Assembly (NCBI GenBank): GCA_965153285.1
Contig: OZ229112.1
Source of the DNA: Podarcis tiliguerta
Lineage: Eukaryota
Length of the DNA stretch: 64,000 nucleotides
Reading direction: 5' to 3' (one strand)
Positions 1 through 32,349 of this stretch are shown here, one piece after another. Each line of letters starts with the position of its first letter. Position 1 is the first letter of the stretch. Under the pieces are notes generated by a model that worked only from the letters and a program-made list of their open reading frames with translations, was not told the DNA's origin and ran no database searches. Both the position numbers and the translations under genes were made by a program.

Positions 1-1117
1 ATTTTTACTTTATTCCTTTTCCCTCTCCTGCAAGTACTTAAGCATAGCGAACATGCCTAAATAAGTGCATATTGGCAACTTTGCATTGATCTTTTAAAAA
101 ATATATAAATTGATTCTGGATGAGCCTTGTGTGACATATAGGCATCAAAGGTCAGGCTGCCAGTGGCATCATCCACAGAGGAAGTGCAAGAAAATGCACT
201 GCTGCTGTCATCTTCCAGGGAATACCTGGGAAGCGCAGGTTCCTTTTTTTATTCTGTTGTATGGAGGACAACAGGGAAGGCTAAATATCCCACGTCACCA
301 AACAAGTGTAGTTCCTATCCCCCACTTTTTTTTCCTTCTTCAGAATTCAGAAACCCCGAGAAAAGTGGCTCCCCGGCAGTGTGCTACCTTATTACTCCTG
401 AGATATGGCAGGCTGGAGCAGTTTTTGCCACTTCATGCTTGCCAAACCATCAGCCTTTTTAGGAAGAAAACCTTAGCCTTTGGGCACTTTCTGGGACATT
501 GCCAGATGCCAAGTGAAATGTGAAAATACAAAATGCTATTACCTTGCAGGGGTGATAAAATAGAACACCTTGAAGCAAAGCCCCTGGTCTTCCTCCAGGT
601 GATGATTAGAGAACATATACATTTTGAAGCCAAAGCTGAGGGACTGTGTCAGTGACATCCCTTGGGGGACCCCAAGAGTTCTAGTAGCAAATAGTCAAAA
701 AAAGAGGATTGGCACTCTTTAAAAAAAAAAAAAACTAGTGCAAAAGTCTTGGTGCTTGAAGTGGATTAGCATTTTAAAGAAACAGGCATTTCTAAGTTAG
801 AAAATACTTTCAAATACAGAATCCCCACAAGTGTAGCATGCTAAGGCAGAAATGATGAGGTTGTGGTTTGGTATAGTATCCACAAGTGTTAGCTGTTTCT
901 AAACATCCAGAAGTGCATAATAACCTAGGTTAAAATATTTGATTTAAAAGAGAATGTGCATTTGATTTAAAAGAGAGTGTACCATTGCATCAGTTTGTTT
1001 TTTAAGTCCTACCTATTGGGAAGCATTCAAGAATAGTAAACTGCTTATATTGAATCTACTGAGCTTCCTGTTAAAATAAAGCACTGTATCTGAACAATAT
1101 ATTCTCCCCCTCCCCAG

Positions 1118-1328
1118 CCCTGTTCGGGACACAGTTGTAACAAATGATCGCTGGGGAGCTGGCTGCATTTGTAAACATGGAGGCTATTACACGTGTGCCG
1201 ATCGTTATAACCCAGGACACCTTTTGCCCCATAAGTGGGAAAACTGTATGACGATAGACAAAAATTCCTGGGGATACCGGAGGAATGCACAGTTGAGTGA
1301 CTACCTAACAATTGAAGAGCTTGTAAAG
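1118..1328 (+). CDS. FUCA2: FUCA2 exon (211 bp)
   Basis: tccccag|C..GTAAAG|gtaaaa; [13 protein letters not shown]...IEELVK. Confidence 0.95.
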
Positions 1329-3353
1329 GTAAAACCAGATAAAGAATCTGGGGCTGTCAATTCTTGCATTCTTTCAGATACCGTTCCTGGCAACCCTGAG
1401 TTCACTAGATGAAACAATGTTGATAATTGTAACTTTCTTTAGAATAATTTAAAATGTTTTAGAATGCTTTTTTAAAAATTATTGCGGATCCTGGGCTCCT
1501 TTGGGAGGAAGGGTGGGATGGATAGATAAATAATTGTGCAAGAGCTGTTTCCCATTTTAAAGGGCTAATGGCCACAAAAAAGGTACTAAGGAGCCCACTA
1601 ATGAAACGCCTGTGTTGATTCCCAGAAGGAACACTTCTAGTTGAACAGCTAGACAAGGGTTGGGGGACTTGTCTCCCTCCAGATGTTATTGAACTACAGC
1701 TCCCATCAACCCTGACAACTGGACATGTTAGCTGGGGCTGATGGGGTTTGGAGTTGAAGGGCCACAGTTTCCCCATCCATGAGTTAAACTTTCTTTGAAC
1801 CTACAGCAAGGTACTGACAGTGTTGTAGCAGAAGCATGAATTTAGGCTTAACAACCTATATAAATGTGCCATCTCAAATGCTGGGCAGCTATGTTGGAAA
1901 TGCCAAACCCAGTGTGGCTTTTCATTGCTCCTCTCCCTATATAATTTCAGCAACTTGTAGAAACAGTGTCATGTGGAGGAAATCTCTTGTTGAACATCGG
2001 GCCCACCCACGATGGCCGCATTCCTGTTATTTTTGAGGAGCGCTTGAAGCAAATGGGGTCGTGGCTGGCCCTCAATGGGGAAGCCATTTTCAGCACTAAA
2101 CCTTGGAGAGCTCAGAATGACAGTGCCACACCAGGAGTATGGTAAGTCTGTGAAGCAAAAACGCAGGAAGTACTGTACCAATGTTAAGTTTACTTTTGTT
2201 ATTGTTCCGCTAACTTGGCTATATTTCACTTCCCCCTCATTTGACCCCCTTCACAAGCAAGGTATGATGTAACTGAATCAGGGACAACTGAATCAGGACT
2301 GTGGCATTTGTGCAGTGAGACTTTTAACACTTTGCTCTTGATCCAGATTGAAACACCTCCTGCCTTTGTTGCAGCTGCTGTTAACCCCAGGAGGAAAGTT
2401 CCATTGGTGTCAATGGGAGCTCCCCTTCTGTTGAAAATAGCATTTAAGGAAGGGTACAATCTAGATTGAAACTATGCAATGGGCGAGAGCAAATCCTCCC
2501 TCAAAATGCTGCGGTCTTGATCAGAATACCCTCTTCCTCCATAGCTGCTATTTCATTAAAGCCTGCGCGCGCACACACCCACACGGTCAATCATTTTGAC
2601 TAAGCTATTTAGTTTTGTCTTCCATATGATGTGTGGGATTACTATTTCTAAACTATTGGTCCTTCTCCTCTAGAAAAAGGTGGTTTAAAATAACAACACA
2701 CTTCTGAGGTGTGCAGTATTTGCAATGGTTACTAAACAGCTTTGCTGGTGAGGGTCCCAACTTGTTTGTGGGTTAGGTAGTTTTACCTGCTATCTTTAGA
2801 AAAAATGATTATTCGTTTGTTAACTCCTACTAGGTATACATTCAAGCCAAAAGAAGGCATTCTGTATGCCATTTTCCTTAACTGGCCGTCTTCAGGAACT
2901 CTGATTCTTGGGGAACCAAAAGGCGTTACCGGAAAGACAGTGGTAAGGAATATTTGCCTATTTTTATGACTTCCGTACAATTTCTCTTGAAGAATTAGAA
3001 AGAACGTGAAATGCATTTCAGCAAAGCAAGATCATCTGCATATAACACCCCTAATAGATTAGTTTACAAGGCTATTCAATGTTGTGGTTTAACACCCATT
3101 AATTCCAGACTATGGCTTTTCTCATCTGGAGAGACATTAAGTGCAAGATCTTAAGAGAGTCAGCATCTCTTTGAATGGCTTCTACCATTTAATAAAAGCT
3201 TTTGTGTTTCAGGTTAAGCTGATTGGATATGAAGAACCATTGCCATGGGTTTCCATGGGGGAGAAGGGAATGATGGTAGTCGCACCTCAATTGCCGTTCA
3301 CTATATTTCCGTATCAGTGGGGCTGGACTCTGCAGCTGACTAACGTCTATTAG
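1118..3353 (+). CDS. FUCA2: Plasma alpha-L-fucosidase (GH29), 3' part: join(1118..1328,1951..2141,2834..2942,3213..3353); upstream exons lie outside the window
   Basis: Spliced translation [125 protein letters not shown]. All introns are GT-AG and phases are consistent. Position next to PEX3 indicates FUCA2 rather than FUCA1. Confidence 0.96.
1951..2141 (+). CDS. FUCA2: FUCA2 exon (191 bp)
   Basis: tttcag|CAA..TATG|gtaagt; [18 protein letters not shown]...SATPGVW. Confidence 0.95.
2834..2942 (+). CDS. FUCA2: FUCA2 exon (109 bp)
   Basis: ctactag|G..GTG|gtaagg; [36 protein letters not shown]. Confidence 0.94.
3213..3353 (+). CDS. FUCA2: FUCA2 last coding exon
   Basis: tttcag|GTT..TAG; [46 protein letters not shown]. 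Confidence 0.94.
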   Translation, partial: VKLIGYEEPLPWVSMGEKGMMVVAPQLPFTIFPYQWGWTLQLTNVY

Positions 3354-5172
3354 CAACAGACATCCTTCACTTTTGGTTATTATGACTGATTCTTTTGTTA
3401 TTATTCTTTTGGTGAACAATCAGAGCTCACTCACCATGGCTTACTTCTGAGGTGACAGGGGATATATATCCGAAAGAGAAATAATCTATAGGAAGATTCA
3501 TGCACTGATCTTGTTCCACCTTCAGTTTTTGAAAAGAGGACCTATGAAATTAGGCAGAATCTACCACAACTAGGCAGGAAGTGCAAGTAAACCGCAGAGT
3601 GAAGCGATGAACTATTTTGAGTCCCAGGGACACATTTCCTTTGGGGTAACCTAGGGACCAAATGCCAGTGCAGAGCTGAGCCAGAGGCAAAAGTGAGCAG
3701 AGCAATTAAAGTGAATTTTACGTTGTACAGTAGGCTAGTTTTTTCACTTGCACCCCGCTCTCTATCCTCCAGCCCCACAAGCAAGAGGGATTACTAGAGT
3801 TTAGGGACATAGACCAGTCAGGCAAAACCGCTCAAGGTTTTCGGCCTTGGGAAGAGTCATCTTATGAGGCTCACAAAAGACAGACTAAACAGAAAAGTTA
3901 TTATGTGTCTTAAAAAGAAAAGTATTTTGGCTTTAAAAAGCAACCAAGGGCGGCGGGGGAGTCCGCCATGCTATGTTAGAATTGGTGCTCAAATAACTAT
4001 GGACAAAAAGGGTTGAGGCATTCTAAAACTGAAATGTTGTACACTGCATTTGACTGTAAATCGTGTTATTCAAATTTTGATGCTTGTGTTTGGGCTTGGT
4101 TTGTTTTTTAAATGCAGGTATTAAATCCAGATAAAGTTAAGTATGACAAACAATACAATCCTACCATTGTCTATGCAACAGTCCTACTATGTTCGATGGA
4201 ATATGCTCAAGTTAAGTGTTTAGGATTGTTTTCAGTAGGGATAAGTGCTAAGTAGCTGTGAATTTCAACTTCTTCCATTGGTTTCAGTAATATTTGATTC
4301 CATTTCGATGGAGTTGGGTGCCAGAGTTTCCTCAGTCCTATAACCTACCTCAATATTACCCCATCACACTTTCCTTGAATATAAAATTACATATTAGGAC
4401 TTGGGTCATAGTTCTGATTAGTGAGAAATGGCCTACAATTATATACTTCTTAAATTTTGATACATGTATGTTCAGTTACTTAAGTACCAGACAGGTAAGA
4501 TTCTAAAGCTATCGCCTCTTTGGGTATCTTGCAGTTTGTGACTTTAAAAAAAGAAAATTATTGCTAATTAAAAAATTTGTGTAATTGTAATCTTCATGAA
4601 ACACTTTAATAAAGCAGCTGAGGTTCTATAAGGAGAAATTAATGCTGAAGTCCTGTTGCCTTGTTGATTTACAACCAAACTCTTTTTTCTCTGTGTGAAT
4701 GTACTGTATATTTGCTTTCGTTATGGGTTGGGCAAGTTCTAGCTGCTCAGTCCCACTCCTTTGCCTAAAAAGGAGCTTGGTGGGAACTGTTTCCTGCTAC
4801 AAAACCAGAGAAGAAAAAGGACACGGACAATAAAGACTGCCTAAATAATCCTGATTCTATTTGAATGCTATGTGATTACTGTATTTGACTGTATTTAGAA
4901 ACTTTTGTAAGCTGCTAGGGAGCCCTCTTACATATATAAAGTAGAATATAATAGAATAAATTTGCTGCAGAATAAGTAGGTATAGCTACAGGAAGACTAC
5001 TAATATGTTTAATGCTTCTTTTTGTGCTGAAGTTACAACTGATTTTTTTATATACAAAAAATAAAGCATTGCATCCATTCCCACCCCCTACAGTTCAAAA
5101 TTGCACAAATACATCACTGAACGGCGTGCTTAGGATGTTGCAAGTTACCACACACAATCTTTGTTAAAATAA

Positions 5173-5178
5173 TTTATT
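5173..5178 (-). terminator. Candidate PEX3 polyadenylation signal
   Basis: AATAAA on minus strand ~1 kb past the stop, followed by a TGTGTGG GU-rich element. Confidence 0.55.
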
Positions 5179-6152
5179 GTCAGATATTTAACAGATATTC
5201 CAATTAAAAATATTTACAAATGAATGTATACAGCAGGAGCCATTTACAAACAGCATAAACATATTTTCTAGGAACCATCTACTCTGAATCTGAAACAGTA
5301 GAGTAAGCACTCAGCATTACGTTGTTCAGAAGATAACCGTGTTCTAAATATATGCATTTGGAACCAGCAGCCTAAAGCACAGAAGGCCACATACCTACTC
5401 CTGCTCTCACATTCTTATAGACTCACTCAGGCTAGCAGGTAAGAAGTTGAAGAGACAGCTGGGAGTAAAGGAAGCTTGATTGCATCTCCCCTTTTCATAG
5501 TAGTAGATGGTATGATCAGCTTTTGAGTGAAACCTCTGAGGCTTACAACTGCCATAGGGGAAGGGCACGTAGGACATGTTCTACCCTGCTTCACAGCTGA
5601 TTGGTGCTGAGACAAGCTACTCCTGATCTTCCCCTGCCACCAAGAGAAGAGGTGCTGAGTACAGTGGTGGTGGTTCTCTCCCCCCGCACCCATTCTTAAT
5701 GTGTTACCTGCTGCAGCCAATTTGTGAATTCATTTCATAGGTCAACAACTGTCTCTGGGTTGAGGGGAGACTGGGAAAGATAACCACCTCCCCACTGGGT
5801 CAAGAGAGACAGAAGCCTGACATTGCCTGCACACTTTTGAAGCCAGATGTACTTCTTATGGGGTGGGGAGAGGAGTTACTGTAGGCAGATTATTTTTTGC
5901 AGTCTTTTGTAAACAAGTGATTTGTAACTGAGACTGCTTCAACACAAAGGCTTGCAGTGTAATGATACTTCCCCCTTAAATTTACTTAAGTCTGGTGAGC
6001 TCTATCAGCATAAAACCCAGGTCTGGATTTTCTCAAAAGACATTTTTTTTGCAGGGATTAATAATCTTGTACCATTCTGAAGAGATTCGTTATCAAATGA
6101 AGTATTCACAGGACTGGGCACTACGGATCATATGTACACCCCTCTGTGCAGT

Positions 6153-15536
<9,384 letters not shown>

Positions 15537-15795
15537 CCCGGCGTCCGCGGAAAGCAAGGGCTCGGCGCTGCCTCTTCGCCGTAGCGCAGCCGCCGCAAAG
15601 CCTCCAGCCCCGCCCCGGACGTCGGCCACGCAAAGCGAAGGCAGCGGCTGCAGCCGCTCCGCCTCCTACCTGCATTCTAGTCCCCCACCTCTGCGTGGTC
15701 CGTTTAGATCCCGATCCCCCCCGGAAACATCGGCTCCATACACTCCGTTCCGGGGCTGTAGAGTCGGCGGCGGCCCCGCTCACCTCTATAGAGAG

Positions 15796-26278
<10,483 letters not shown>

Positions 26279-29200
26279 GTGGTTGTGATGGATAGTAAAG
26301 CAAAGCTGGACGAATGACAAGTCTTTGAAAAGGCTGGCTAGTATTGACCTTCCCTCAGCTATGGTATTTAGTCCTGAGAGGTGGAGAAAAACATGTCTGT
26401 TACTCTGTAAAATGTCCAAAAGTATCACTGATTGAAAGATAATAATCAAATTGTCAAATATGGCTTTTGGTTAAAATGTTTGGCTTTTTATAAGGAACAA
26501 TAGAAAGGAGTGGTATCCTCCAATAATTAAATAGTTAATATGACACTGTTGTAGCCCTACTAATTTTGAACTGATCAGCTGGAAGACCAGCTGTCCCAAA
26601 AGTCCTTAGTTTGGCAGGTATGCTGACTTCTTGCCACTGATGCCATGCACACACATGATGATATACCGGCCAGTGCACATATCAAGTTCTGTTTACATTT
26701 AAACCACTTAACAACATATACAAATTCAGTGGTCTCAGAGTTCTGCATGCCCCATCAGCCAGAACAAAACCAGCATATCCACTCATGGCGTCAGCAGCTA
26801 GAAACCTGTGTGAGCAGTGGCTGTTATGCTGAAAACTGTCACGAGGACCAGTCTTATTAGCTCTAGGACATACGAAGCTGTCATATTGAGTCAGACCATT
26901 GGTCTATCTATGGACTACTTAACTGGAAACAGGGGGGTGAAATTGGGACCTTCTCCCCATAAAATATGTTCTCTTCCAATATGCTACAGCCCTTTCCCTT
27001 GTATCCTAGACAGATTTATAGTTGGTATTACTTAAAAGTAAGCTGCTTTCCTCATCACCGTAGTGCACGTTTCCAATGTATACATAATTTGGAGGAATTC
27101 GAAGGTAAGCTAGCAAATCCCAGACAATGGCTTGTTTATATTGAGCTCAATTAAGACATTCATGATTAAGAAAGCTTGACTATGGTTTGTTCATGATGTC
27201 TAAGTTGACAAACCATGGTTTATGACCATGTTTGGTTGTGTGTACTTTTTCAGGTTACCCTGCCACTACAGTTAGCAAACAGACAGTTTCTTTTTCTTAT
27301 ATGCTTGTGGTAGAAAACCGCCTTGAAAACGGAAGTCTAGCATACCCAGTATTTTTTGAATGAATATTCTGTTTCATAAGTTTTATAGATTGCTTTATTG
27401 GGGGTTTTTTTGGGGAAAAAAAGGTCAAAGAGGAATATTGAGAAGTAGATTTCCAGAGGAACTTTTCTTAGTATAAGGTAACTAGGCAGGAAAATGGCAA
27501 TAAGAAATGCCTAAAGCTTAGAGCTGGCACTTCAGTGCTTATTGGGTTGTTCCTTGACCGTATTCTGATTACAATCCAGAAGAGGGCCTTGCTGTTCTAA
27601 TAATGAATGGCCCAGCAGTTTGACATGGAGCTCTTATTCCTGCAGAATTTGCATGCTGAGCAACTCAACAGGCTGGGAAGCAGTCAAGCAGTGCCTTATA
27701 GATTTGTATATTATGGACAATTCCAATAGTTAGACAAGTCAGAGCCACAGTTGTTGCACTATTTTTCTTTCTCTATTAAATAGATAAAGAAATTCTGAAA
27801 AGGGATGAAGTATGTTCCTGATGGTTAAATAATAAAAATGAATACATCTGCCACTTGCCTCCCATGCTTGGCTTCCATTGACATATAATAATTTCACATT
27901 GTGCATGGCAGAAGGGCATTTTGGGGGTGGGGGGGAGGTAACGTTAAGGTAGCTATATTAGCACCTCATTTCTTAAGCATTAAACTTGGAATTAGGCCTC
28001 ACTGATTTCAAATACAGTATTTCAATAAGCAAACTGGTTTGGACTTTAAATGGTAAGTTTTCTGCACAGAGAATATGTCCCTTCTATGCTTTGCATAGCA
28101 CCTTGGACATCATTTGTGAGATGAATATATTTGATTAATAGTTATAGGTAAGGATAATGCAAGGTGCTTTTCACAGTGCAGTCCTGTGCATGTCTACCTG
28201 GAAGCTGAATGGAATTTACTCTCAGATATGTGTTTTTGGGTTGTAGCCTTAAACATACAGTTTGTGCCTCTCCCTTATTAATCTGTCTTCAGTCACAATT
28301 TGATGATAAATGCTTTAAGTACATATTAGAGTTTAGTGAGGTTGGCAGGTGAGAGGATCCATTCCTGTTTGATGAAGGGAAGAATGAAAACTTGGGAGAC
28401 ACAAACACTACAAACATTATTTCTATTCATATGAAACAAGCAACTTGTAACACATTTCTCATTTCCTACTGAGAAATCATCTCTGTGTTTTAAAAATGTA
28501 AAAAATTGTAGACCATCGTCTCCACAGGCTTAGAAGCTGCAATTGGCTGCAGGTTCCCACTGCTTATATATCACACGTACACACAATTGAGAAGATTTTG
28601 AAGTTCATTTTTTTAAAGAAGAAAAAGAAGCTTATCCTTATTATTCCAATTACCTTTTGGTAATCCATCCCACACACTAGTTACCTGTGTCTAGCAACTT
28701 TTGAATTCCTACTCAGATCTATTTTGAGAAAGCCCAATCTTATCAATGTTTATTTGGAAGGAAGTCCTGCCTTGTTCAATGGGATCCCTCCAAAAATAAC
28801 TTTACTCCCAAGCATAGATAGCAGGGATCAGGAACATCTGGGCCTCCAGGAGTTGTTGGACTCCCATTAGCCCCAGGCAGCCCAGCCAATAGCCAGGGGT
28901 GGTGGGAGTTGCAGTCTAACAACATCTGAAGGGTCACAGGTTTCCCATCTGTGATGGGCAGGATTGCAGCAGCAGGGTGACATCTAATGATGTCTGAGTG
29001 AGTGTCCCCTTCTTCATCTCCTGTGGCCTCACCAATCCTGTCCCAGAGGGTCCCCCACCCTCCACAGCAGACTTTGGGGGTACGTGGTTGGCTATAGAAG
29101 GAAGAAATAAAAGTGAAGGCCTGTTGCAGCAGCTGAAATACATTCCATTCAAAGATGGCCATCACTGGACATCCCTCATTCCTATTGACTGCAGTATGTC

Positions 29201-29671
29201 TACTCTGAATAGGAGTAGAAGCCCTTCACACTGTCAGGCAGACAAAAGGCATTTCTTCCATAAAAAGAGCTGCGAAAACACAGGTGAGCAGGGGCAAGAC
29301 AAAGACTCAATACTATATGAAATTCAGTCAGTCTCGTTATTAAGATACCACTGTCAGTTTCTGCTGCTTTATAATTGTTATCATATTTATCATGGATGTC
29401 TAGAAGCTGATGGTTTGCCTGGGTTGAAACAAGTGCCCTTACCCTTTCACATGTCCAAAACTTTCCATTTGGGGGGGGGAGTGAGGAGGAACTGCTTTGT
29501 GAAAATAGGGTGAAACCTGTCCCCCCTCCCCCTCCACATTTTTATGAGCTTTCATATCTCTATGCAGGCACAACAAGAAGCATAAATATGAACAACAACT
29601 TAAACAAATGAAAGGCTTATTGAACCAATATTGAAAGCTTGTATTGTAGCCTCATCAGTTCTCCCCCCCCC

Positions 29672-30045
29672 TTTTTTAAAATGATGTTTATTGGTTTTAC
29701 ACATTTTACAAATTTCACAATTTTTTACAAATAAAGACACTCGCGGGACTGAAATAGACCTCATAATGTTTATTAAAAATCATTCGTTTTGGATTTAAGA
29801 ACATTGAACAAATATATTACAACAATATATTTGTTGAAGGATGTATATTTAATGAAATTTTGAATAGTATTATTCCATAGTAGTAAGGACACATAAAATG
29901 TAAAGATGACAAATGCATAAATATAAAGAAAATATAGAGAAACCAGACGGAGGGAGGGAAGTACAAACTTGTTTAGAGTTAAAGTATTAAGATTAAAAGG
30001 AATAAGGTATGTATTATGTATTGTGATGGTGAAATTTGTAAAATT
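29672..30045 (-). mobile_element. Probable L1 3' end with 5' inversion
   Basis: T-run and minus-strand AATAAA at the left end; A-rich plus-oriented L1-like UTR (GGAGGGAGGGAAGT) to the right; TSD agttct(c/t)ccc. Confidence 0.5.
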
Positions 30046-30744
30046 AGTTCTTCCCTTTGCATACAATAAAGTGACACTCTTACAAGGCAGCTGTTTAAAA
30101 AAGCAAGTTGCTCCTTACAATTTAAACATTTGAAAGTCTGCAGGGCTCTCCATTCATATCCTGTATATGCAACGTGGCCTTTAATTACCTTGGCAGGTTT
30201 TGAGCACTGATAAAAGATTGTATTTTTAAAAAACCTCCCCCCAAAATGTCCAATGGTTGGCAGGCAATCCATTCCAGGGTTGTATTTGGAGCAAGACTAG
30301 CAGGAGAGCTTTCAGCTAAGGGCTCAGTTTAAACAGCAACTGTTAGGTTTTTAAAGAAAATGGCTTTGACACAAACGGGGAAAGAGCTCCGAGGACAATT
30401 AGAGTCCCAGAAGCAGCTGTTTTATTAATTTGCTTTGCCTTGTGTGTAGCCTTGGCTGCTGATTCTATCTACTTTTATCAATAAAGTACATCTAGAAATA
30501 GGACACTTCCCACTGAAATATATTCACTAACATGACTTTTGTTTTTAGGCTGATTTCAGAAGGATACACACACACACATTTTTGTAGTGTGTGTAAAAAA
30601 GAGAGAAATGCCAAGAAATTTCAGCTAAGATCCAAAGAACCACAGAAATGTAAGAAATCAAGCAACAGATCTCTATCCCGTAGGCCAAACTGCTTTGGAA
30701 ACTGACGTAAGCTGCGGAAGCGGTTTTTGACAAGGCAGGCACCT

Positions 30745-30844
30745 TGGGTTTCCTGCACAAAGGAGAAGTCAATTAATCCATCTTGGTTTTTGCAAATAAA
30801 AGGATTGATTGACTTCTCCTTTGTGAAGAAGAGCAATCATCACC
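30745..30844 (+). ncRNA. Candidate pri-miRNA-like hairpin (unverified)
   Basis: 24-bp stem 30756-30779/30802-30825 with one G:U, a 22-nt loop and an imperfect lower stem. Confidence 0.3.
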
Positions 30845-31771
30845 AAAAAAGGCATTGTACAAATTATAGACTTTAAATCAAAACCCTTTACATCCTTCTC
30901 AGCAGGATAGCTCTATACCAGATGTTCACCTTGACAAGACATAGCACTAGGCGTAACATGCTTGTTTCTAGTTTTCTCAAGTGCCACCTTATATGGAGCT
31001 GTTTTATCGGTTACATACTGACCAACACCAGTCAAAAAACTAATAATCCTGTTGAGATCTGTCCTCCCAGAATAATACCTAAGCACTCTGTATATGCAAA
31101 GTCTCAGATAGTGAACTATGGTTCCATGTGCTTATCACAGGTTGCTGTCACTATGTACACACAGCTCTGTTGGAAAAACAGCCAATCTGCCAGTTTTACT
31201 GGAAGGAGAGCAAGGGAAACCAAATCCAGCCCCATTTTCTCCTCCCAGACAGCTGACATGTAGTGTCACTGATTTTCTAACTAAGTTTTCAGTTCGTAGT
31301 CTTTGACAGCTGAATTGTGCACTGCCCAGCACTCATTGGCTCATAAAGTTCCTTGCTAGAGAGATTCAAGTAGAAATCTTCTTTTGCATACATATGAACT
31401 CTAGCTGGATTGGAGCAAGTATTTAGCCTCAAACCAAGGCTTTTCTTATCAAGGTTTCTTTGGCAGCAAACCTTGTCAAATGTGGACATATTTGAATGCT
31501 GCATTTGATAACGGTAGCCACAGGTGTAGCAGCTGGAGTAGGAAAGAGCTGGGTTCAAAATCTAAGCCAAAGTTGGTTAATATGCGAGAAGAAGGGAGGC
31601 AAAAGGATTGTAAGGTGCTTTGTACTGATGTAGTAGAAATTGCCCTTAAGGATCCGAGAGCCTCTTAAAAAAAATCAAGATGTAAAATTCCCATTTGAGA
31701 GAAAATATGTATCCTGTGTTTCCATAGAGATTTGGGATGTTTTTCTGCACTGTGCTACTCTTCCCATCCCC

Positions 31772-31772
<1 letters not shown>

Positions 31773-31802
<30 letters not shown>
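31773..31802. repeat. (AC)n microsatellite, ~15 units
   Basis: acacacacac... run. Confidence 0.95.
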
Positions 31803-31803
<1 letters not shown>

Positions 31804-32349
31804 ACTCTTCAGAATGTGTGATTAAAAATATATGTGAGCAAATACTGGTTTGTATCTCTGCAAACCTGACTGCTTGAAGTCTTAAGATTTAACCTTCCCT
31901 TCTCACACCAAGGAGACACCATGTGTTTAGTTTGGGAGAACAAAGTTCCTCCACTGCCTTCTGGCATAACAGCAGCTTGGTGAAGGAAGCCAAGAGACAT
32001 CAGATCAACTCTTTTCTTTTAGATCTCTTTCCCAGAAAAATAGCTACTCCACTTTTACCCTGGCATACACCAGGCATGGCTGTTAAACCCAGATGCATAA
32101 GGGGAAAATGGCAAATTAACTTTACTGCCAGCTCCAAATCCCCAATTGACATAGCATTCACCACCTTCCCATACACACTGCAATTTTCATCACTGGTGAT
32201 ACCTAGGAAAAACCGAAACTAGGAGCATTTTAACCTCTGGTCATGAAATTGTGTCTTTGTTAATTGACGCCCATATATTTCCATCTTACTCTTCTTAAAC
32301 ACAAGCTTAGATAAACATAGCAGGGCTTTTTGATTAGGAGAGGGTATTC

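Noticed and set aside
28998-29513. 171-aa ORF
   Set aside because: GTG start, no recognisable domain, no exon-like boundaries; consistent with chance.
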